This document shows, piece after piece, positions 9,581-19,506 of a stretch of 64,000 bases of DNA. Position 1 is the stretch's first letter. Each line of letters begins with the position of its first letter. The translations under genes were made by a program, and so were the position numbers. This DNA is from Naegleria gruberi (Eukaryota), in NCBI GenBank assembly GCA_000004985.1, contig GG738876.1. One strand, given 5' to 3'. Under the pieces are notes generated by a model, which saw only the letters and a list, made by a program, of their open reading frames with translations, made no database searches and was not told the DNA's origin.

Positions 9581-12262
9581 TTATTCTACCAAGTTTGGTA
9601 GATGAATAATCTTTCTGATCAATTTAGGAGCATGTTTGATGCTCAAACGTGATGATTCGGTGCAGTTATTAATTCTAGTAAATGTCAAGCTTCGTAAGTT
9701 AGGGGCTACAATATTGAAATCCACTGCAACTGTATGAACTGAATCAATATAAATATGTTGAATGGCATGATGTGTTTCATCTCCTAATTCCAATCTCAAA
9801 GTGTCTCTTATCTTGGAGAGTTCTAGTTTTTTAAGTGATGGCAAAGAATGCAAATTCAAGGCTAAATTAGTGAAAATTGAATCAGTAAGTTGCAGATTTT
9901 TCAAGTTTTGTAAATTGAAACCATCATGCAATGCTGGAATGGCAAAAGACATTTTAATGTCCTCTATGGAGCGACTTGTCTTGCTATCCAGTATTATCCT
10001 CTTTTCAGTGGATGGCTGTGGTGTATACTTGTTTGCACTGGTGCAATGCACTTGTTTTAGGGAAGTGCAATTATTGATAGCAGTCAGACCTCCCAATTCA
10101 TCTGTTTCTACCCTCATTTCCCTGAGATACTGATTTGAGATACTTCTGTTATTGTTTATATCTCGAGCAACATAGGTTTTAACATTGAAAAAGTTGAAGA
10201 CACTCAAGTCCTCAACATTGGTTGTGTACCCTTTGAGTCCAGTTTTCAACCATTCAAAGTTAACAGAGAGGGCATCCACTCTATGGAATCGATGAATGCT
10301 CTCTGATAAACCATCGACAACACTTGGTGGAATCTGATCTTGGAAGAATAGCTTGATTTGTTGGAGTGAAAGTTCTGAGGCATTTCTTGGTATGTATGGA
10401 GAAATATCGTGCTCTGGAACATGGGCCAAGTTCAAATTAAAGTAAACATGCATTTGGTCTAATTTACCAATTGTTGCATTGAAACTAACGGTAGAGACGG
10501 CAACTTTGGATTCCATCTTGACAACAAGAAGGTCAACCTTTTCCAAGTCAATGTGGTAGGTTCTCAACTCGTGGGGTATTTTACCTTCATTAGGATAGCT
10601 AAATGTTAGTTTCTTTACATAATTTCCCTTCAAGACTAGAGAGTTTGGAATTCCAATAATGGTTGTATGTTGTGGAGCTCTATCAATTTGAATATCAGTC
10701 TTACTGCATGCAATTTTCAGCTTCTTCATTGATGGATGATTCTTGATGATAAGCTTGCTTGAAGATTTTTCATTATCATCCCAATCATATGAGTAGGAAA
10801 AGTTTAACAGACTCGAATGCTTTTCCATCCAGAAATCAATTAGATCGCTCTCATTATTATCTCTCTTCTCTGGGAAGTATTCAAATGTTTCGAGAATTGG
10901 AAATGGCTTTTGGTTAGAAGTAATGGAGAGTTGCAACTTGTAAACATGGAAATAAGTAAGGAACGGTAGGAAGGAACCATCAAGAATGGCATGAACTGGC
11001 ACATCAACAAAGTTATTCAAACCCAAATGTCTGAGACTTCTTGGGAGAGGAACTTGAGATGGAGAAAAGGTAAGTGTATTGGCTTCATTATCTTCCTCAC
11101 CAGAGTAAATGTACAATGTTAGTTTTTTCAGGCAAGTTAGTGAGGAACAAAGAGTTTTCCATGTATCACTCATTAAAGTTTGAATACTGATTTCTAGATT
11201 TAGTCTAGTCAATCTATTGGAAAGGGTTTGAATATTGTTGTAAATGATTGGTGAAGAAATATCTAAACCTCCTTCCAGTTCAATTCCTCTCAGTTGTTGG
11301 CTCGTAGAAAGTATCTGAGATATTTTACCTAGATCCTCCTTCTTTGATTGAACGAGTGAGGAGAGTGCTGACAAGTGTTCAATCTCTGAAGAGTGAGTTT
11401 GAATGAAATTCTCAAATGCAAAGACAGTACTGCTAATTTTCAAATCTCGTAACGTTTCGAAACGATTAAATATTTGGTCTGTAGTTGGTTTTCCATAGTA
11501 ATTCATATCTTCTATATAGTTGGTCAAGTCTTTTGGTGAAGCATTCTCAACACTTTCTCTAGCTGTCAGAAAAGTAACATTATTAACTTTTGGGAAATGA
11601 TTAGCCCATGTTAACATTCTACCTTGAAGATTTGTATTGTTGGAAAGAAGAGGAATTGGAATTACTAGGTTTTGAATCATGCTGACATCACAAAGAGTTT
11701 CAATAAATGAAACGAATTGATTAGTCAACTCTGATTCACTCGAGAAGTAAAAAGATGAATTTCCATCATATCTTTTCACCACTAAATCTATATTTCTAAA
11801 CTTTTCATCACACAACACTGCAAAGCAAGTAGTACTATAATTATCTGGCATGAATGACTTGACAAAATGATGAAGATCAGCAATTTTATCATACCAAATA
11901 AACCAATTGAAGTAAATCTTTTCTCTGAGTGTCTTATTTACATGAAGCAGAGGAATAATAACAGAAGCCATCGAGCTACTAAATTTATCCTCCACAAGGT
12001 ATTTACATATAAGTGCCAAGACTTCGTGTGGCAAATCCGAAAGATTTTCAAAGTATGACGTTTGTACAGAAGAGTAATCCTGATGAGGACAAGAATAATC
12101 GATCAACAAGTGAGCATTCTCTCCTAAAAGGTGAGATGTCAGTGTTGTTGTTTCTTCTTGTTGAATTACTTCCAAGGAGCCTAAAGACATGATGATGTTA
12201 TTATTGTACAGTAATGTATTAGATATTCTCCAAAATAGTTTCGGAGTGTTATCAGACGACAC
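9581..12262 (-). CDS. Large hypothetical protein (about 890 aa) with an N-terminal F-box-like motif and leucine-rich regions.
   Basis: Long ORF. The motif LPHEVLALICKYL is F-box-like. Downstream are repetitive L-rich segments. Confidence 0.55.
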   Translation of the reverse strand: MSSDNTPKLFWRISNTLLYNNNIIMSLGSLEVIQQEETTTLTSHLLGENAHLLIDYSCPHQDYSSVQTSYFENLSDLPHEVLALICKYLVEDKFSSSMASVIIPLLHVNKTLREKIYFNWFIWYDKIADLHHFVKSFMPDNYSTTCFAVLCDEKFRNIDLVVKRYDGNSSFYFSSESELTNQFVSFIETLCDVSMIQNLVIPIPLLSNNTNLQGRMLTWANHFPKVNNVTFLTARESVENASPKDLTNYIEDMNYYGKPTTDQIFNRFETLRDLKISSTVFAFENFIQTHSSEIEHLSALSSLVQSKKEDLGKISQILSTSQQLRGIELEGGLDISSPIIYNNIQTLSNRLTRLNLEISIQTLMSDTWKTLCSSLTCLKKLTLYIYSGEEDNEANTLTFSPSQVPLPRSLRHLGLNNFVDVPVHAILDGSFLPFLTYFHVYKLQLSITSNQKPFPILETFEYFPEKRDNNESDLIDFWMEKHSSLLNFSYSYDWDDNEKSSSKLIIKNHPSMKKLKIACSKTDIQIDRAPQHTTIIGIPNSLVLKGNYVKKLTFSYPNEGKIPHELRTYHIDLEKVDLLVVKMESKVAVSTVSFNATIGKLDQMHVYFNLNLAHVPEHDISPYIPRNASELSLQQIKLFFQDQIPPSVVDGLSESIHRFHRVDALSVNFEWLKTGLKGYTTNVEDLSVFNFFNVKTYVARDINNNRSISNQYLREMRVETDELGGLTAINNCTSLKQVHCTSANKYTPQPSTEKRIILDSKTSRSIEDIKMSFAIPALHDGFNLQNLKNLQLTDSIFTNLALNLHSLPSLKKLELSKIRDTLRLELGDETHHAIQHIYIDSVHTVAVDFNIVAPNLRSLTFTRINNCTESSRLSIKHAPKLIRKIIHLPNLVE

Positions 12263-13485
12263 TTTAATCTAATTGACAATGCGCACAACCACCACAAGCA
12301 ATCAATGATTGTTAAACAAGTCTCCTCGAGTGTTGTTCAACTATATTGTTCTAGAACGTGTGTTGTTCTTTTTTTACTTTTTATTTCAAGCTGGAGAAAT
12401 TTCATGGGAAGACGCAAAGAGATGCGGAAGGTTTTTTTGGTTTGGAAAAATCTACGAAAACTTCCAAGGTTTTGTTGTCGGGTTGGAAATATTTTTCCAG
12501 ATTTTTCAAGGGAGTGGATTGGATTGAGGAGAAACATTGTTTAGAGTTTCGCCTATTCCAAGGGAAAGATATATTGATTGTAGATTTGCATGTCCCTTAG
12601 TGTAGATGATCTTGAAATGAAAAAAGAAACATTTTGGGATTGTGTTGTTTGAGGATTTGTTGTAAACTCATATAGTATTGAGAATCGTATAAAAATAATA
12701 TCATTTCAATCAATTTACTAATTTACTGTAGATCAATAGTTTAAAAATGTGATGGAAGGATCAGGTCAATTTTTTTCACAGCGATCCAAATCTCATTCTT
12801 CCAGTCTTCTGCCACTTCTAAGAGCGAATGTTTTGTTGCTGAATAGATTGCTGAATAATTCCAAACTATTGACATGTTAAAAGGTGTTATTCTTGAAGGA
12901 GGAACGAGATCTCATTATTCTTTTATTTAGTAGTATTCTTGCTTGTTTGCTTTCCAAATTGAACTTGCAATAAAAATCAAATATGAAGAAAATAAATAAA
13001 TATTTAAAAAAAAATGGTGCAACATCAATGAAGGATGTGTATTCACCCTCTTGATGATAATTTCCAGCAACAGAACATAAATCCCAACAATTAGTAGATC
13101 AAGAATATCTGAATAAGAATATCGGAAAGTGTTTTTGAAAATAATAAGAGCTTTGGAAAATATTTTGTGAAATCTCTGCGTATTGGTGATTCACCATAGA
13201 TCTATTGATCTGATACCGTTCATATGAAAGATTTGGAACCAGAAATATCACACAAAATTGGAAAATAGTTTTGGAAAGTAATTTTGAACACTTTCAAGTT
13301 GTTTCCAAAGTTGAAATGAGCCTCGAATTTTCCAATTACCACTAATCTTTAAACACCAACAATGGAAAGTTTATATTTTTAGAATTTAAAATATTTCCCT
13401 AATTGGTGTTTGTTAGTTATTGTAACAATACAAATTTAAAATCAATAGGTAACTATTAGAAAGAGAGGAAAAAAACGAAAAGAAA

Positions 13486-14235
13486 ATGCCAACCCCATCC
13501 GTCGGTACAACTAGACACACCACACCTCAAAGACACCATGTCTCGAGATTATTGAATAATAATAAGAAACTGTTGGATCAAAGTCAAGGTGTTGGAGTTA
13601 AATCCAAAATTCCAACTGCAGAACTTGAAAATAGATTTTCAAAACTGACTCATTTACTTTATGATACGAACGTTAAATTCAAAGATTTGAATGAGCATGT
13701 TTATCCTTTGATTCATGAGGATATTACATTTACAGATCCTTGGCAAACCATCACTGGAAAATCTCAATTTGTGGCCCAATTGAAAGGTTTTCATAGTGCC
13801 ATATTCTTTACTTATGATACTTTACAATTATCAGTTCAAGTAAATGAGAATGAAGAAAGTGGAAGGGTTATTGTTGATGGTTGGATGTATTTGAATCAAG
13901 TCAAGTACATTACAGGAACAATTCCATTGAGAACTGTACTGGTTTATGATTTTGTTTTCAATGGAGATGGTGACACTTTTCTCATCACTGATTTGGAAGA
14001 AATGTGGAGTTTGGGCGATTTAATTGAAAAAATTCCAATCATTGGATGGTTTTACAATTTATTTAGATTTGGTGCTGGATTTTTCTTTACCATCTTCTTC
14101 CTTATTTGCACTTTTATTGCACTACGTTTACCCTTTTCAAATGTGAGTGGTCAACCAAGTGGTAAGAATACTTCTAGTGGTGGCAAGAAGAGTTCCATTT
14201 GTAGCTCGTTGAATCCTCTCAATTTTGCAAAATAA
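13486..14235 (+). CDS. Hypothetical protein with a C-terminal hydrophobic anchor.
   Basis: A 249-aa ORF with a C-terminal TM-like stretch FFFTIFFLICTFIAL. Confidence 0.45.
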   Translation: MPTPSVGTTRHTTPQRHHVSRLLNNNKKLLDQSQGVGVKSKIPTAELENRFSKLTHLLYDTNVKFKDLNEHVYPLIHEDITFTDPWQTITGKSQFVAQLKGFHSAIFFTYDTLQLSVQVNENEESGRVIVDGWMYLNQVKYITGTIPLRTVLVYDFVFNGDGDTFLITDLEEMWSLGDLIEKIPIIGWFYNLFRFGAGFFFTIFFLICTFIALRLPFSNVSGQPSGKNTSSGGKKSSICSSLNPLNFAK

Positions 14236-14451
14236 ATAGTTGTGATAATAGTATTGAATCTTATGATTAGTTTCCAAATTTATTAAAAACACCTTTCGTA
14301 GCGAAAATCACCACTCAGCACATGTGGTGATTCCACCAAAAAACAAACTTAAAGTCTTTTTATAGAACTCAAACTAAATTACTAAAAATGATTTCAAAAC
14401 ATTTGGCATCCGTTAAAATATGCCCTATTAACAATCACCAAAAAAAAAGAG

Positions 14452-16209
14452 ATGAGTGCTACAACTACTCCCACAACTACTGCAGTGGCTAATAACAGTT
14501 CAAATTCTGCTACTTCACCAACAGTAGCTGTCAAGAGCACTAATGGTTCGAATACATCATCAAATAATGCCAATAATTCAGCTTCGGATTATTATGTATC
14601 ATCAAAGAAGGGACTGGCAAATAATAGGGTGGAATCATCTAGTAGTGGAGAAAGATGGAATTCAATAGAGTTGAGTGATGTTGCTGCTAGTGGCAATACT
14701 TCAACTATTCCAGCATCGTTATCGATGGAAAATGAGCAACACAGTGATGATCATCATAGTGACAGTACAATAGAACCTCATCCACTTGATGCACATACTC
14801 ATACTATTGGAAACTATGCACAATTGGATCAGGAAAGTTCAAAACCGAAACTTGCAAGAAATCCATACATTTCACTTCTATTTCATAATAAGAGATTTTT
14901 AATTATTTGGATGGCAGGTGTCTTGTCAGGAATGGGAAATTATTTTTCAGAAATTGGTATTGTTTATGAAGTGGAAGAACGTACAACTGTTGGATTTGTT
15001 ACGAGTGGTGTTTTTATTTCAATCTTTTTACCTTCATGTGTTGCTACTCCATTTGCTGGTGTAGTTTCTGATATTTTCGATAGACGAAAGGTCTTGATTG
15101 TGTGTAATTTTTTGAGAGCTATTTTGGCTTTCGTTTTGGTGGCTGGTCCATTCATTACCAATACGAATGCACTCTTTGGTTTTTACTATACTATACTTGC
15201 TATGATTTTCTTTATTAATGCATTTTACGATGCTTCGAGAGGATGCATGATGCCACTCTGTGTCGATCACAATGATTTGGTTGCATGTAATGCATTGGAT
15301 AGTTTGACATGGTTGTTTTGCTCGTATACAGGTGGTGCCATTGGTGGAGCTGTGAGAGTTGCATTTGGATTGATTACTTGTTATGTATTGAATGGCATCT
15401 TGTTTATTGGTGCCTTAATGTTGTCCATCTGGTTGTTGTGGTTCCCTGATTTGAATCCACCGAAACCAGCCGACTTCCCAACTAAACCAATACCAATGAT
15501 GAAACACTCTCTGAAGGAATTAATTGCTGGATTCAAATTATTATTCAGTGGAAAGGGTTACTTGTTGAGTTTTGTTGTTATGAAATTATTGGGATCATCA
15601 GTTTGGGCCAGTATTGAATTTATCAATGTCAAATTATCGGAACTTCCAATGTTGAGCTTATTCAACAATGGTGAGCAAGGTATTCAAATGACCAACACTA
15701 TTGCCTACTGCTTGTTTGGTATTGGTTCAGGTTTAGCACCAATGCTTTTCGAATTATTCTTTGGAAATAGAATTAGAAGATCATTGAGGAGTGCATTCTG
15801 GACTCGTGTTGTAATTTTGGCTTCATTCTTTGCAATTTCTATGGGTTTCTTATTAATGTGCTTTACCTATCATGCCTCAATGTTCATTATTGCCAATTGT
15901 ATTCTTGGCTCAGCAGGAGGTGTCATGTGGGTTTACTCAATGTCAGCAATCGAACATTTAACGCCTAATCATTATTTGGGAAGAATTACTGCCTTTGATA
16001 TTTGTTTTGGATTTGGATTGGGACAAGCCATTGGTGTCATGATTCCTTCTCCATTACTCTATGATATTATAGGTATTAAGGTTCCTCACATCTTTGCCAT
16101 TGTCATGTTTGTTCTCTCTTGGATGTTGTTCTGTTTAACAATTGTCTGGTTCTATTTTACAAGAAAGATTCACCAACATTTTGTTGTGCATGATGATGAT
16201 CACCACTAG
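14452..16209 (+). CDS. Major facilitator superfamily transporter with about 12 TM segments, paralog of 31650..33302.
   Basis: Multi-TM hydropathy. About 85% aa identity to the second copy across the transporter core. The N-terminus is Thr/Ser/Asn-rich. Confidence 0.75.
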   Translation: MSATTTPTTTAVANNSSNSATSPTVAVKSTNGSNTSSNNANNSASDYYVSSKKGLANNRVESSSSGERWNSIELSDVAASGNTSTIPASLSMENEQHSDDHHSDSTIEPHPLDAHTHTIGNYAQLDQESSKPKLARNPYISLLFHNKRFLIIWMAGVLSGMGNYFSEIGIVYEVEERTTVGFVTSGVFISIFLPSCVATPFAGVVSDIFDRRKVLIVCNFLRAILAFVLVAGPFITNTNALFGFYYTILAMIFFINAFYDASRGCMMPLCVDHNDLVACNALDSLTWLFCSYTGGAIGGAVRVAFGLITCYVLNGILFIGALMLSIWLLWFPDLNPPKPADFPTKPIPMMKHSLKELIAGFKLLFSGKGYLLSFVVMKLLGSSVWASIEFINVKLSELPMLSLFNNGEQGIQMTNTIAYCLFGIGSGLAPMLFELFFGNRIRRSLRSAFWTRVVILASFFAISMGFLLMCFTYHASMFIIANCILGSAGGVMWVYSMSAIEHLTPNHYLGRITAFDICFGFGLGQAIGVMIPSPLLYDIIGIKVPHIFAIVMFVLSWMLFCLTIVWFYFTRKIHQHFVVHDDDHH

Positions 16210-16915
16210 AGAGTTAGTTAACATTTTGTAAATAAATTCTTGAATCGACATTTTACGGAAATCATAATTGAGTACAGAGAAATTTTCCTTTCACCCTACC
16301 CAGCCCTGAATCAATGTAAATCTTTCCAATTGTTTAAAACAGTAAACAAATAGCATTGTTGTAATGGTGTCGCCATCTTCCCCGAATATAATACTTTACA
16401 ATTCAGTTTTGGAGAGCATTGCACAAAAACCATCCAACTTTTCACCTGTATTCCATCCACATCAATACCTCGAATCAAAACGTCTTTTTAGATTCTTTCC
16501 TTTCAGTGCATTCCATCATGTCAACCATCCAACATTCTTAAAGAAAAACACAAAAAAACAACAACACTATCACAATCCCATTGTGTTATAATAACATCAT
16601 CAGCTTCGTGTTCTGCTCAGAGTCGTGGTTATTATTTTGCTCTGCATTTCATAGTTCCACTCTAATTAGTTGTGCAGGTGTACTATTCCCTTTTTCTACT
16701 CCGCTTCCTGTTGTAATTTTGTTGTTTCCAAGAGGAGCGAGAGGTTCTTTACCATTTATTCAACTCCAACATCACATCTATTTGGAACCACATACAGATT
16801 TAAAAAATAGAACACTGTATTGTGTTGGATTTGGTATCTTCATCATCATTTCTTAATAGTTCATCAACACAAAACAAATTTCTTTATCTGTACTTCTATT
16901 AAAATTCATTAAGAA

Positions 16916-19339
16916 ATGAGTCAGACATTAGCATCAACCATCTATCACAACAATACCATCGGTCTGCTTAACTATACCGATTCACAGACATTGCTGACGG
17001 AATTTGTTCGATTCAGTGCTTTTAAATTATATGGTAATGTCTTTCATTATACCTACGTAGATGATCACTTCTATTCGGTAGGCTTCATTCTCGGCATGAT
17101 ATCATTGGGAATTTTTATCGTCTTTGTGTTACCTTGCCAATTGGCTGTAAATATTCTGTATGGAATTCGGGCGCGAAAAATATTGAAAAAAAACAGAAAC
17201 AACTCATCGATAGAGACTCCACCCTCATCGGCTTCCTCTGGTGATGCTAGTGTAAATAAGGAAGAAAAGAAGAATAATACTGATAAATATACCTTTAGAG
17301 AAACACTGAAGAAAGCATGGTATGAATATGTTTTACTTGAGGGTGTGGCGAGGGCTACTCCTTCCTTTGTGATGGTCGTTTTTATTTGCTTAGTGATTTG
17401 GTTAACGAGTGCCTTTTCAAAGATACATTTTGCTGGAGCTGCAGTCTTGATGGCAATTACAATGACAATGTGGTTGATTCAGTGGGTATTGTTTGATTTA
17501 GGAACATTTACGTATGAAGTACTGAGGAGTTTTTCAACAAGATTTGGAAAGAGCAAAACATCGGAAGTAACTAAGGATCAAGAATTGAAAAATGTAGATG
17601 TGACAACATCAACCACATCAACCATGAATATTAATCAGAGCACAACAGCAATTGTTCCACCTTCGAATGATAGTTCATCTCATCATCATCACTCTGAACA
17701 TCGTTTCGGTGGATTAGTTAAGGATATTTCATTTGGATATGTTAAATCTTTGGCCAATCCTCTATTTAGAAGACATCCCTTATTAGGTGTACTTATAGTA
17801 TTCATCTTCTTCTTTGTTACTTTTCTGATATTTTTGGTTGTCAATGGTGTAACAGCAGACTTTTGTGTTGCCTACGATCCGATTGAAATCAGTACACTGG
17901 CCACTAGAGCTGGTGATTCTACTAGGTGTAAATCGGGCACTATCTGTTTTACTTACATGACGATTTCAGCAGATATTTCATCGGAAATGATTGTCAATTT
18001 TCAAATAGATGCAAAACAGCTCAACAGCTCTTTTGTTTATTATGGAACATTTGACCCTAATGCCGAGTTTCAATTCGATTCTAAGACAGCCTTAAAGGCT
18101 AATGCAAATTGCTTCAAAATGACTGTCATTGAAATTGATAGATGGCAATGTTATGTTAATTTGAGAGGATTGCAGTCTTCATCATCCTACTATGTCAAGA
18201 GTGCATTTACAGGAAAAGATTATACTGCCACTAGTGTCACTTTTGAGGATAGCAATGTATACAAGTTTAGAACAGCACCAAGTGCCTCTTCTCCTGATAG
18301 AATTGTTTCCTTCTTGAATGGAGGTGATTTAGCTTGGGGAACCAATTTCTTGTCCTTAGTTAAACTGATTCCTCCAACAGGAAAGAACATTTCAACAGCT
18401 CCCTATTTCTTTATGGTGGGTGGCGATGTTGCATACGATAATGGATGTGCCTACTGTTATATGAGATGGGAGAGTTGGTTCTCAAATTGGGCCAAATATA
18501 TGGTCGTTCCTCTTCAACACACCTCCTCAGTGTCACACACCTATACTCTGCCTCTAGCCTCTTGCGTTGGTAATCATGAGGCTGGAAATTTCAAAAGACC
18601 AAGATCTGACGATGCCTTCTATATCAGATATTTCCCTCATGAATTGGAGGGAGATTCTTCTAATTTGATTGTTTCTGACCCTCAATATACCAGAAAGTTA
18701 CAACACGTCCACTATCTCTCTTCCCACACATTGCTAATGGTGTTGGACTCTTGGGTTCACGAATCTCCAGAGCAACAAGTCTCATACATTGTCAATTACT
18801 TCAATGCTTTAGATCCATCAAAGTACAAGAACAGAATGGTTACGATTCACGAGGGAATTTATGCCTCCTCTTCTGAATTGAGCCCAATGACTGCAGCAAT
18901 GAGAGAACAATGGGAGGCCCTCTTCTTGAAGTATAACATTACACTAGTCTTGGAGAATCACGTTCACACCTACAAGCAAACCTATCCTCTCAGATTTGGT
19001 AAGGTGATGGATACTAAGGCTGATCCTTTAAATTCAAGAGCTGGAGCCGATAATGATTATTATTATGAAAGAAATATTTATAATGGATTAGGAAAGGAAG
19101 AAGAAAAGGGAATTATCTATGTTGGAGATGGAAGCTTGGGTGCACATTTTTATGGTGACAAGCTCTTGTTTGGAGATCCAATGTTCAGACAATTAGGAAT
19201 AATAACTCATTTCCACCATATCATTACTCATGATACAAATAGCGTTCCAACTATTGAGTTGACAGCTTATGGATATGATTCATCAACCGGAGACTCTTAC
19301 AGAGTTAGTGGTTCTGGTTTGACAATTAAAACTTTCTAA
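16916..19339 (+). CDS. Membrane-anchored purple-acid-phosphatase-like metallophosphoesterase.
   Basis: Calcineurin-like phosphoesterase motifs GGDLAWG, GGDVAYDNG and GNHEAG. The N-terminal roughly 300 aa carry several predicted TM helices. Confidence 0.7.
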   Translation: MSQTLASTIYHNNTIGLLNYTDSQTLLTEFVRFSAFKLYGNVFHYTYVDDHFYSVGFILGMISLGIFIVFVLPCQLAVNILYGIRARKILKKNRNNSSIETPPSSASSGDASVNKEEKKNNTDKYTFRETLKKAWYEYVLLEGVARATPSFVMVVFICLVIWLTSAFSKIHFAGAAVLMAITMTMWLIQWVLFDLGTFTYEVLRSFSTRFGKSKTSEVTKDQELKNVDVTTSTTSTMNINQSTTAIVPPSNDSSSHHHHSEHRFGGLVKDISFGYVKSLANPLFRRHPLLGVLIVFIFFFVTFLIFLVVNGVTADFCVAYDPIEISTLATRAGDSTRCKSGTICFTYMTISADISSEMIVNFQIDAKQLNSSFVYYGTFDPNAEFQFDSKTALKANANCFKMTVIEIDRWQCYVNLRGLQSSSSYYVKSAFTGKDYTATSVTFEDSNVYKFRTAPSASSPDRIVSFLNGGDLAWGTNFLSLVKLIPPTGKNISTAPYFFMVGGDVAYDNGCAYCYMRWESWFSNWAKYMVVPLQHTSSVSHTYTLPLASCVGNHEAGNFKRPRSDDAFYIRYFPHELEGDSSNLIVSDPQYTRKLQHVHYLSSHTLLMVLDSWVHESPEQQVSYIVNYFNALDPSKYKNRMVTIHEGIYASSSELSPMTAAMREQWEALFLKYNITLVLENHVHTYKQTYPLRFGKVMDTKADPLNSRAGADNDYYYERNIYNGLGKEEEKGIIYVGDGSLGAHFYGDKLLFGDPMFRQLGIITHFHHIITHDTNSVPTIELTAYGYDSSTGDSYRVSGSGLTIKTF

Positions 19340-19506
19340 TATTTTTACTTAACACCCAATGAATTTGAGGAATTGCTCTATTAAATTGATTTTTCAGAAT
19401 GATCTCCGTAGTTAACTTATCTTTTTGTTCGCTTGAATTATTAATGATTTTATTTGAAAATTACCACTATTCAATATTTTCATGCTATTTAATTATATTT
19501 TAAATT

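Noticed and set aside
12305-12600. A cluster of four overlapping 66 to 80-aa ORFs in different frames
   Set aside because: They are mutually overlapping in all frames within the promoter / 5' region of the minus-strand gene that ends at 12262. This is most likely a non-coding UTR or promoter with chance ORFs.
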